Source of the DNA: Octopus bimaculoides
Lineage: Eukaryota
Assembly: GCF_001194135.2 (NCBI RefSeq)
Contig: NC_068992.1
Coordinates: 8,962,378-9,026,377 of the forward strand
Length of the DNA stretch: 64,000 nucleotides
Reading direction: 5' to 3'
Within the stretch, counting starts at the first letter, position 1, and the number at the start of each line of letters is the position of its first letter. Under the pieces are notes generated by a model that did no database searches, had not been told where the DNA came from, and worked only from the letters and a program-made list of their open reading frames with translations. Of the stretch, positions 14,150 through 25,421 are shown in pieces. The position numbers were made by a program, and so were the translations under genes.

Positions 14150-15103
14150 AAACCTTATTTTTAGTTGAATTTGTTCAAAATTAAATGTAGTGGTGGAAAC
14201 TAACTGCAATATCAACCAAGCATTTGGTTAGAGGACCATCAACAAATGTTCACCTAAGCAGTGGTTTAAAAATTTTCAAGCTGGGGACAAGGGCCTTGAA
14301 GATAAGAAAGTCATGGACAAGCTTGTATGACTGACCAAAACACCATCCGAGGTCATTAGACAAGTGGGCCTACATATAGAAACTTAAAAAGTTACAGAAG
14401 AACTGAACATTAACCATTTCAACAGCTGCTTGACATTAGCACCACATTGGAAATTTAAAGGGCAAATGAGTGCCTTACAATCTCAATAAAAGTACTGTTG
14501 TGACATGCTTTATCCTCCTTTTGCACAGTAAAATGATACTTTTTTTCTTTTCATTGTATTGTGGCAATTGATGAAAAATAGATACTATACAGAAGTAACT
14601 GCTTTCGACAGTGGCTGGACCAAGGTTGAAGCACCAAAACACTTACCCCGAGCCAAAGTTGCATCAAAAGGTTTATGGTTGTTATTCTGTGGTCGGCAAG
14701 TAGAATCATTCACTACTGTTTCTCAGATTCTGCTGAAACCATTACAGTGGCAATATTGACAGAGATAGGGTAGGAAATTGACAAAATCTGCAGAGAACTG
14801 AAACATTTATATGCAGTATTGGTAATTTGAAAAGTGCCAATTCTTTTCTTTGACAATCTTCAGTTGCATACCTAGTGATTCATTTCCAATTGCATCACTA
14901 GAAATTGAACTGAGCTATGAAACTATACCTCAGCCAACCATGTTGATAAACTCCTAGAAAGGTCTTCTACAACCAAGAGGCAGCTTTCAAGAAAAAGATT
15001 TCCAAAGAATTTATCAATAGGAGAACTCCAGATAATACTGGAAGAAATAGATGTTTTTTATTGGCAAAAATGTATAGATCCTAAAGGTTATTATTTAGAT
15101 TAA
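14150..15103 (+). pseudogene. Highly degraded mariner transposase (Hsmar1/cecropia-like)
   Basis: Fragments in shifting frames follow the order of a mariner transposase: ETNCNINQAFG, WFKNFQAGDKGLED, DEK*ILY, APKHLP, IIHYCF, WQKCIDPKGYYLD*. No TIRs recognised. Confidence 0.8.
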
Positions 15104-15665
15104 TGAAATTTATTCTGAGCTGAGATATATTGCTTCGAAGCTGATGGTTAGAAATCACAGCTATTTCTGCACCAACTTGATGTACTACACAATATCATAA
15201 TTGTTAGACTAACTAATATGGAAACTGATATATTTCCAACACTTACTGTTAGCTAAGACAAGAAAATATCGATGTTGAGTACAAAGGAAATAGAATAATT
15301 TAGTTTTAAAAGGAACCAACCAGTAAATTGGATACTACAAGCAATCCTTAATAGCAGACTGAAGAATCTAATTAGATGTTAGAGCTTACCAATAACTTTG
15401 AAGTACTAACATCTAACATTTGCCAAGAAACCCAGTTGTGAAACTGGAGTTTATTTCATGTGTGGATAACAGAAAAACTCTCGTGCCCAAGAAAGTCATT
15501 TGAGGAAATAACAACAAAAAGTAACTGAGAAATGGATAAGCATTATATTTGAAAGAAGATACATCAGTAATTACATTGACTTTAACAGATATATAGAAGT
15601 AGAGTGTTAAGAAGAGTTATCAGTAACCACATCATAGGTGTATGATGAAGGGCTTCTATATAGTA

Positions 15666-15712
<47 letters not shown>

Positions 15713-15739
15713 CCTCCTTTAACCGGGAGGGGGAGGCAA

Positions 15740-16100
15740 TTTTCATTTGTCTAGTGACTGTAGCGAAAGAGGTGGTATGGTGAACCCGTTTGAAAGGGCT
15801 GAAGTCAGACACTTTCCTCTTTGGCCAAGGCCTCATTAACTTTTTCAAGTTCCACTTGAAAAGGAAGGTGAGTAGTAGAGAGGGAAGTGGTGTCTTCTAG
15901 CAAATTTGTTGAAAGGTGGGTAAATGTCGGAAAAATGGTCAGCATGGATGGACCAATTCTGAGATTACACCTGTAAAAAAAAGGTATAAAAGGAGAAAGG
16001 ACTCTCGCCTTGTTGACCAGGCACTCATGGCTTTTATGGGGTTTTCCACAAGTAACCTTCAAAGTGCCTCCCCTATTGGGAGTTTTTACTTGTCATATTG
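15740..16100 (+). mobile_element. Second fragment of the same LINE family
   Basis: KGLKSDTFLFGQGLINFFKFHLKRKV...ERWVNVGKM...LRLHL*, homologous to 10040-10220. Confidence 0.6.
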
Positions 16101-18819
16101 TTATTTTCATTATCACATGGTTGGGAAGCAAGCTTCATCTTAATTTATTCCCTAGGTTACTTCGATATTATATTGAAGTCAGTAGCTATTAAAATAATAG
16201 TGATGATGAACAGAATGGTTTTCTTAGGCTGGGGATCTCGTATGTATCTGTTTTCTCCCAATCCAAAAAATACAGTTAAAGAAACAATAAAATGAAATAT
16301 AACAAACATTACAATTCCCAATAATGTTTCCAATAAAAAAAATACCTAAACAAAATCTTTTGTTTCTTCAGCTAGTTTTCCAAGTAGCATGATGCAACAA
16401 CAGACAAGATACCTATTGAACACAAGTTCAATACTACTTTATAAATATCTTTGATTTATTAATACTCCATGCAAGCATGGAAAACGGACATATGATGGTG
16501 GTGGTAATGGTGGTGGTGGTGGTGGTGGTGGTGGTGGTGGTACTGGTGATGACAATGAAGATGATGACTGCTTATTTGGCTTCTTTGCAATCTATTATTT
16601 ATTTTTGTTTCTTAATTTATTTATTTTGATAAATTTCGAAGTTTCCTAGAGATCAATTTTACACAAAAGGATTCTGACTGTTTTTTTCTTTTTTATTTTT
16701 GCTTCAAATATTTTGTTTGTTATTTTTTTTTTCTTTTGGAAATTAAATTTTTGATGTTATTAAAATGTCAGTCTTTATTTGTTGGATATTTTCTTTATGG
16801 TTTTAAATCAATGAATTTAGTTGAGCCAATCATTAAGTGAAATTATTCTTTTATAGAGAGACGTGTCATTGAGAGATGGCATGGTATTGATAATGGTTTA
16901 ATTCTTTACTCTTTCATTGGGGTTTTTTTTTTGTTTTTTGCATCAATTTTGCTAATAAAAATGCTGAAGTCATTTACAAATTATTTGTATTCACTGTGAA
17001 ATAAAATATTGAGATTATATTTTCCTGAAGGATATTTTTTTCTCATCTTATTTACCTAATTTAACCCTTTAGCATTCAGATTTCTTTGTCAAATGAACTG
17101 CTTATTTATTCACATTGCTTTGAATTAATCACGTATTATTTTGCAGCTTCAGAATCTCAAACGTGTGTTTGTATATTTTTACAATGACAATGTAGGGTAG
17201 GTATGAGAGGTTGGATCTAGTTAGTTTTAATATAAAACAGGTAGAATATTTGGGCCAGAGATGGTTATACCATGTGTTGCCATGCTCTTGCTGGTGTCGC
17301 GTAACATGCACTCGTGCTGGTGCCATGTAAGTGCAACTGTACCAGTGGCATGTGAAAAGCACCCGGCACATTCTATAAAAGAGTCGGTGTGAGGAAGGGC
17401 ATCCAGCTGTAGAAACCATGTCAAAACAGACAATTGGAGCCTGGACAGCTCTCTGGCTGGCCAGCCCCTGTCAAACTGTCCAACCCAGCACCGGTTGTCA
17501 AGCGATGTTGGGGGGGACAAACACAGACACATATAAATACATATACATATATACAACAGGCTTCTTTCAGTTCCTGTCTACCAAATCCACTCACAAGGCT
17601 TTGGTCGGCCTGAGGCTATAGTAGAAGACACTTGCCCAAGATGCCACGCAGTGGGACTGAACCCGGAACCATGTGGTTGGTAAGCAAGCTACTTACCACA
17701 CAGCCACATTGAAATTTGTCAGTTTGGTTACAGGGATAAGGAAATTTAATGTTCTGAGTAATAGGAGGCATTCTTTCATCTGAGAAATTTTTTTGGTAAT
17801 TACNNNNNNNNNNNNNNNNNNNNNNNNNNNNNNNNNNNNNNNNNNNNNNNNNNNNNNNNNNNNNNNNNNNNNNNNNNNNNNNNNNNNNNNNNNNNNNNNN
17901 NNNNNNNNNNNNNNNNNNNNNNNNNNNNNNNNNNNNNNNNNNNNNNNNNNNNNNNNNNNNNNNNNNNNNNNNNNNNNNNNNNNNNNNNNNNNNNNNNNNN
18001 NNNNNNNNNNNNNNNNNNNNNNNNNNNNNNNNNNNNNNNNNNNNNNNNNNNNNNNNNNNNNNNNNNNNNNNNNNNNNNNNNNNNNNNNNNNNNNNNNNNN
18101 NNNNNNNNNNNNNNNNNNNNNNNNNNNNNNNNNNNNNNNNNNNNNNNNNNNNNNNNNNNNNNNNNNNNNNNNNNNNNNNNNNNNNNNNNNNNNNNNNNNN
18201 NNNNNNNNNNNNNNNNNNNNNNNNNNNNNNNNNNNNNNNNNNNNNNNNNNNNNNNNNNNNNNNNNNNNNNNNNNNNNNNNNNNNNNNNNNNNNNNNNNNN
18301 NNNNNNNNNNNNNNNNNNNNNNNNNNNNNNNNNNNNNNNNNNNNNNNNNNNNNNNNNNNNNNNNNNNNNNGGGAATAATGGATTACATAGAGACTACTAG
18401 ATGTGGTGCTGAAAATACACGAGGAGGGCCAGGGAGAGGGTGGGGGTGATAGTGGGGGCTCATGGTCAGAGTAAAATGGTAAGGTAGGAAGAGATTAGTT
18501 AGAGACTGAATATCTAAACAGGAAAAGAAGGAAATATTTTGTTTTATATAGATATATATATAAGTAATATTCATAGCCACTTTAACATGGCTGTCTGTTC
18601 CAACAGACTAAACTGCAATTTTTTAACCCCAGGAGGACATTTCCTCTAGCTGGTTAACGATGTACAGCTGCATCGGATAAACTGCAAGGGAGCGAACCCC
18701 CACCACCTTCGAGTGACGGGGACCAGTAGACTAGTTCTGGTTTCAGGCTATTTCTGCTACTTCTCAGTACTGGACACCTCATCTGCTAGAGATGGTAGCA
18801 GCTCAAATCTATTAATTAG

Positions 18820-19163
18820 TTTTAGTCGTTATTTGACTGTGGCTATCCTAAGGCACTGCCCTGGAGAATTTTTAGCCGACTGAATCAAACCAAGAACTTT
18901 TTTTTTAAGCCTGGTACTTATTCTATTGGTCTCTTTTGCCAAACTGCTAAGTTACAGGGATGTAAACACATACCAACACTGGTTGTCATGTGGGGAGGGG
19001 ACGAACACAAAAGCACACAGGCTTCTTTCAGTTTCCATCTACCAAATCCACTCACAAGGTTTCGCATGACCCAAGGCTATAGTAGAAGACACTTGTAGTG
19101 GGACTGAACCTGGAACCATGAGGTTGGGAAACAAATTTATCACACAGCCACACCTGCGCCTAT
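18820..19163 (-). mobile_element. SINE family A copy whose 5' end abuts the U6 copy
   Basis: Begins ATAGGCGCAGGTGTGGCTGTGTG directly after the U6 T-tract. Confidence 0.85.
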
Positions 19164-19164
19164 G

Positions 19165-19270
19165 AAAAAAAATATGGAAAGCTTCATGAATTTGCATGTC
19201 ATCCTTGCACAGGGGCCATGCTAATCTCTGTATCGTTCCAAATTTAGTATATGTACAGCCAAAGCAGTAT
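19165..19270 (-). pseudogene. U6: U6 snRNA pseudogene, near full length
   Basis: Minus strand ATACTGCTTTGGCTGTACATATACTAAATTTGGAACGATACAGAGATTAGCATGGCCCCTGTGCAAGGATGACATGCAAATTCATGAAGCTTTCCATATTTTTTTT aligns to U6. It has a 3-nt deletion after the ACAGAGA box and several CpG-type transitions. Confidence 0.93.
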
Positions 19271-20624
19271 ATATAAAAAGTAATTAATAGTTATACATTT
19301 TATTCCAGTTAGTTTATGCATGTTACCCAGAGCAAGATGGAATAACTTCACGTCCTCCCCCCAACACACATATGCCAAGAAGATTGCTGATAAAAAATCT
19401 ATTTTTTCACCAAAGAGGAAATTTCCGTTGAAGTCTACAGTGAGGTAGTTTGCCTAAGTGAATTCTCATAACTTTTATCTTTTACTTATTTCAGTCACTG
19501 GTGTGCTGCCATGCTGGAGCACCAACCTGAAGGGCTTGGTCGAACAAATTGATCCCGATGCTTATTTTTTAAGTCTGACACCTATACTACCTGTCTTTTT
19601 TGACAAACCGCAAAGTTATAGGGACATCATCATCATCGTTTAACGTCCGCTTTCCATGCTAGCATGGGTTGGATGATTTGACTGAGGACTGGTGAACCAG
19701 ATGGCTACACCAGGCTCCAATCTGATTTGGCAGAGTTTCTACAGCTGGAAGCCCTTCCTAACGCCAACCACTCCGAAAGAGTAGTGGGTGCTTTTACGTG
19801 CCACCGGCATGAGGGCCAGTCAGGCGGTACTGGCAACGGCCACGCTCAAAATGGTGTATTTTATGTGCCACATAATCAGAAAGACACACAACAGGCATCC
19901 ATACAGTTTCTATTTACCAAATTCACTTATAAGGCATTGGTTAGACTGAGGTTGTAGAAGACACTTGCCCAAGGTATCATGCAGTAGAATTAACTCGAAA
20001 GATATTTAAGCATTTTGGTGTGTAGAAGAGAGAAAACATGTACTTTATATTTGTGGAAGAGTTTATTCATTTATTTATAACTAAGTCTTCGCTCCATTCC
20101 TAAATCAAATATTAACGAAAAGACCTGCTATGAAGATAGAGTGAAGCCTTAGTTTTATATCTATAGAAATTTCACACATGCAACTATCGGTGGTGGTGGT
20201 ATCATCATCATCATCATTTAACATCTATTTTCCATGCTGGCATGGGTTGGACAGTTTGACAGGAGCTAGCAAGTCAGAAAGCTGCTCTGGCTCCAGTTGT
20301 CTACTTTGGAATGGTTTCTATGGCTGAATGCCTTTCCTAATACCAACTAGTTTACAGACTGTACAGGGTGCTTTTCATGTGGGACCAGCATGGGAGTTTT
20401 TTTACATGGCACCAGTACGGGTGCTTAATATGTGGTGCTAGTAAAGGTACGATGATGAGAGCACAGATGTGTTTTACATGGCGTGAGCACAGGTGCTTTT
20501 TATGTGGTCTGAGCACATAAATAAATAATTAGAAAAAAGAGAAAAAGAAAAACCATAACCAAATAATCAATAAAACTGCATAAAGAAGGCAGCCTAGTTT
20601 ATAAAATATATATTATCAACATCA

Positions 20625-20830
20625 TTATTTTGTGTGTGTTCTTCATGCAGGAATGGATTGGAGGAGTCAGTTATACAGAATTAGTGCCAATCACTTCAAT
20701 CATTCATTTCTCTTCTGTGAGTACCAACATCTTGAGATCTGACCACATTAGTTTTGGCATCATCTTCTGCCAATACACTAGCACTGACAGCACATGACAC
20801 TTCTTTGTTTATCTCTTTCCTGGCTACATT
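20625..20830 (-). mobile_element. Degraded RTE-like LINE 3' end
   Basis: Minus strand ...VVRSDLKMLVLTEE...DW followed by tccaatccattcctgcatgaag, which resembles the SINE family B tail. Confidence 0.55.
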
Positions 20831-21275
20831 TCCAACTGATCACACAGTCTTCCACTAGATTTTGGATGAGCCAACAAGGGAGCCTCCACATAGTTACTCA
20901 ACCTGCTAGAAATAGCAGCTTCCTTTAATACAAATTCTATTCTTATAGAAAAAGAGGGACATATTTAAGATAATGTAGACCTAGATATTCCCAAAAACAT
21001 AGGATAATCACATGTTGATTTGGTGTCAAAAACTAACATCATTTTAACATCCAGTTTGGTTGTATGGATGAAGCAAAACTTGTTGCGGTAAATATTTTTA
21101 TGGTCAGATGCTATTTCTGTTACCAATGCCCACCTTTTCCCATGCAAAGTAATAGATATTTCCCCTAGCCCTTTGAACAGCAAATAGCTCAATTGCAGGA
21201 AAATGCTTTCAAAGAGAAAACTTTTGTCTATCATTTGGACACATGTGACAAGACACATCGTTTATATACATTCTA

Positions 21276-22508
21276 TTAGGTTGTCCAGAAAGTTCTGAGC
21301 GTTTTTAAGTTAAATCATTTAACACTTCTTTGAACACAGTTAAAACTTTGGCATTGCATGAAGTAATAGTGCATCTCTTCTTTCTTCCTGACTAAAAATA
21401 GATTTATCTTTCATTCCAGTTAATCTTTATTGATATTTGAAATGGATAACCAAAAATTTCATATTCGCGTTGTAATGCTATTCTTTTTTAAAAAAGGAGA
21501 AAATGCTACAAGGACTTGTAAAAAAAGCATTTGTGAAGTTTATGGTGATGATGCTGGAGGTGAACCAACTGTTTGAAGGTGGCATGGAAAATTTAAAGCT
21601 TGGAAGATGACAGTTGCAGTGGAAGACCTTCAAAATTGGGTGAAGATGTTTTGAAGGCAAAAATCAAAGTAAACTTAAATATCACGACTAGAGAACTTGC
21701 AGGGGAGTTGGAACTTTCTAAAAGTATGGTTCATGAACACCTAGTGAAGCTAAGATCCATTTCTTGCTATAATGTATGGGTCCCTCAGAAACTCTCAGAA
21801 AAGAACTGCTTGGACCAGTATTCCATTTGTGATATGCTTTTGAAACAGAATGTAAGCAAGCCTTTTTTGAAACAACTTGTGACTGGAGATGAAAAATGGA
21901 TTGTGTACGAAAACATAGTGCAAAAGAGATCCTGGAGTTTGCGTAAGGATCCCCAAAAACAGCGACCAATGACAAATATCCATGCCAAAAAAAACTACGC
22001 CATGTGTTTGGTGGCATCATAAAGGCATAATTTAATATGAGCTTCTCCCACAAACTTTTATTTCTGATGTGTACTGTTGTCAGCTGCTGGACAATTGAGG
22101 CTGGATATTGCCAACAGGAAAGGAATAGTGTTCCAACAAGACAATGCCCGACCACACGTGTCTTTGGCTACTCGAACAAAGTTACATTAACTTGGCTGGG
22201 ATCTCTTACTCCATCCACCATATTCTCCTGATATTGCGCTATCTGACTACCACTTGCTTTTGTCTTTACAGAACTCATGGCAAGGAAAAACATTAAACGA
22301 TTTAGATGGAGTCAAAATGCATCTAAACTTTATTTCTTCAAAACCAGTCAAATTTTACGCTGAAGGAATATTTAGATTGCCTGGTAGATGGGCAAAAGTC
22401 ACTAATAATAATGGAAATTATTTCATTGAATAAAATTTATTGGAAGGTCAATTATTCATATCCCTTTTTGCATATTAAAAAATGCTCAGAACTTTCCAGA
22501 CAACCTAA
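21276..22508 (+). mobile_element. Full-length mariner (Tc1/mariner, DD34D) transposon, inactivated
   Basis: Left TIR ttaggttgtccagaaagttctgagcgttttt; right end aaaaatgctcagaactttccagacaacctaa. TA flanks both ends (21274-75, 22509-10). Length 1233 bp. Confidence 0.95.
21442..22433 (+). pseudogene. Mariner transposase pseudogene
   Basis: Starts MDNQKFHIRVVMLFFFKKGENAT. Contains WVPQKL, TGDEKW, QQDNARPH and HPPYSPDIALSDYHL, and ends RWAKVTNNNGNYFIE*. Interrupted by stops and frameshifts; ORF-track piece 21600..22022. Confidence 0.93.
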
Positions 22509-22569
22509 TATATACATGCAATGTTAAATCTCTGAACGAAGTATTAACAGTAACTGCACGACAACCTGA

Positions 22570-22673
22570 AGTATATTTGCCACTTAAATGCAGCTGGAGA
22601 TGTTCTCCTGGGGGTAAAAGCAACAGTAACATTCACCCTTAGGGTTTAGCCGCATTTAAGTGACAAATATACT
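22570..22673. repeat. About 100-bp foldback element (26-bp arms)
   Basis: agtatatttgccacttaaatgcagct ... agccgcatttaagtgacaaatatact, 2 mismatches. Confidence 0.85.
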
Positions 22674-22684
22674 AATATATACAT

Positions 22685-22715
<31 letters not shown>

Positions 22716-24484
22716 GCACTCTCTCCCTTTCTTTGAAGGAAATTTTGGTGATATTTCAAGCTGGTTCACTAACTACAATCTCTTAATTTAAAGGCTATAA
22801 AGCTTACTGAGTTTTTTTTTTTCCACCCTTCCTTAGTCTCATATCACTATAGCAACTATGTGTTTACCATAGCTACCCAAATTAGATCACCTAGGTAGCA
22901 GAAGCTTATCAACTGTATCTGATGAGTCATCTGAGCAGTTCAAGAACATTATTTTATGGATGTTCCAACAGTTAATTGCTTCTGTGTATCTGACTTGTCA
23001 AGAACCATAGTTTTCTTGATCACTCTGACAATATACGTGTATGCATATAAATATAATATAATTAACACAAACAAACAATTCAAATAAGCAACAGGTTCTC
23101 TGATAGTTTCAACAATGTGCATTCACCTGTGTAATCAACTGAACCGTTTATTTATTAACATTAAGTGTCTTAGTATTTCACAGACACATGTAGTCTTAAC
23201 AGGCTGAATCAAGTGAGAAACAATATGTAACAAAGGTGGATCTTTAAAATAATGGTTCACTTATTCATCTGTAAAAGCGAGTCCAGATCTTCCTCATCAT
23301 CGTCATTATTTAAGCGTCCACTTTTCTATGCTCATATGGGTCAGGCAGAATTTGCTGAGGATGATTTCCTATAGCTGGATGTGCTTTTTTTGTATCTCTA
23401 AGAGATTTTGACTATTATTTCTAGAAATATAGGTGTTACCCTGCATGCTCAGTTACAATTAGTGACTAATGAATTTTTCCTTTTTGGTTTTATATTGTAT
23501 ATAGCCGCCTTCATTATATTATAATTCTCACATTACCATTTTGCTGAATCAGCCATTGATTCATATGGTAAATACTATATACTGACAGCCAGATTTAGCC
23601 AACCCGTTCAGCGATGGAGTAGTCACCACTGCTGAGCTTTAATTTTAAATAAAACTGTTAGTGTGTAGACATGTGCTTTTTGCAGCTTTAAGGGTTTGGT
23701 TTTTGACTCTTATTTCTAGCAATGTAGGTGCTACCCTAAACCCTCAGTCACAATTAGTGACAATGGTATATATATNNNNNNNNNNNNNNNNNNNNNNNNN
23801 NNNNNNNNNNNNNNNNNNNNNNNNNNNNNNNNNNNNNNNNNNNNNNNNNNNNNNNNNNNNNNNNNNNNNNNNNNNNNNNNNNNNNNNNNNNNNNNNATAT
23901 ATATATATATATATATATATAATCACTGTATCAATCAAACTATTGGATGTAGTTGTACACTGCTGGTTTCAACATGCTTTGTTACAGCCTTCAAATGAGA
24001 CCACTTTGTTGGTTAGGCAGGCAGGCCTACACATGCCCTGAACAGGACGCCAGTCCATCACAGGGTTACCCATTTACAATGGGCTACTTTCAGTTTCTGT
24101 CTACCAAATCCACTAACATGGCCTTCATATAATAGAAGACACTTGCTGAAGGTGCCATGCAGTGGGATTCAAAACTATGTAGTTAAGAAGCAATCATCTT
24201 ACCACACACCCATGTCTTTGTCTATATATATCACTCACTCAACTCTGGTCCAGCAGAACAATTAGCAAAGGCTTTCCATTTATGATCATCCCATCTGCTT
24301 TTATTCCTCCTCCCAGTTAGAGTATATAAGGACCACATTATCTAATTGTGTTCTTCTTTTAAAAGACCATAAGGCATAATTTAAGGGTAGATTAAGCAGC
24401 TTTTTCTAGCTGTTTCAAAAGCCATTGGCAAAAACAAAAGGTGATACCCTCAGCAAACCTGTACTCTTCATATATTCTAATAGA

Positions 24485-24560
24485 AGTTCTGATGAGATGG
24501 GCCCATATCTGATGAGATGGGCCTGTCCTATGCACCCATGAAACTAAGTCATATGGAACT
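24485..24560 (+). ncRNA. Minimal type I hammerhead ribozyme motif (solo)
   Basis: CCAUAU-CUGAUGA-G-AUGGG(13 nt)CCCAU-GAAAC-UAA-GUC|AUAUGG. Canonical core at 24509-15 and 24540-43, GUC triplet at 24548-50. Stem I is 6 bp, or 10 bp if a 14-nt internal duplication is removed. Confidence 0.75.
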
Positions 24561-25371
24561 GTGTCAAACCGTTATTAATATATATATTTCACTCTTTGGT
24601 ATTCTCATTTAAAAAAAATTTTATTTTCTCCAGCTTATCTACACTGAAATCTTTGGATTTGCACATGCGTGTGTACAAATATGCACACAGGGGCTGTCAT
24701 GAGTTGAATTAAGTTGAATTGTAATAGTTAATGAAATTTCCTTTAAAGTAAACCTATACAAATAAAATTTATCTACACGTATTTTCAATTTAGAAATATG
24801 AGTTAAGTACATTACAACACTTGAGAACATGTGTGGTTTGTGATACAGAAATATCTTACTTCAATATCTAACTTAAATCTAAGGATGATGGAGAGAAGTA
24901 CAGAAGTCATCTGCCAACTCAGAGAATAATTGATATATTATTTAGCAAGCGAGGAAAGTGTACCAGTTCAGTTAATGATGCATCTTGTTCTGGTTGCCCA
25001 ACATCAGTAAGAACAGAAGAGAATGTTCAGCTAGCCAGCAACATTATGAACAACATTCTTGGAGATCTTTTCTGCATGGTTTATCTATGACCAGCAGCCA
25101 AACATGAGTGAAACACTTTCTGAATATATATACCTACATATGTATGTATATCCATACATCTGGAGAGAGAGAAAGAAAGAAAGAGAAGTGGTGGGGGGAG
25201 TAATTTGAGAGTTTGTAAAAGTTTGGAGAAAAGAGAAATCTGCTGTTACGGGACTGATGTTTCATCTGAAGGAGAAAAACTACTTTTAAAACCCATGAGC
25301 TTCATTCTACAATTTTTTGGCCAACATACACTACTAGTTTCTTCAAGCTGTTTTTTTTATATTTTTACCAT

Positions 25372-25421
<50 letters not shown>

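Noticed and set aside
18700-18800. Hammerhead on the minus strand (CAGATGA-GG...CCT-GAAAC...GTC)
   Set aside because: Core substitution and no convincing stem I.
22905-22975. Hammerhead (aactgtat-CTGATGA...acagtt)
   Set aside because: No GAAA (only GAAC), weak stem II and an offset stem I; too degenerate to call.
24880-25060. Third mariner relic (SVNDASCSGCPTSVRTEENV)
   Set aside because: Only one short motif; insufficient to define an element.
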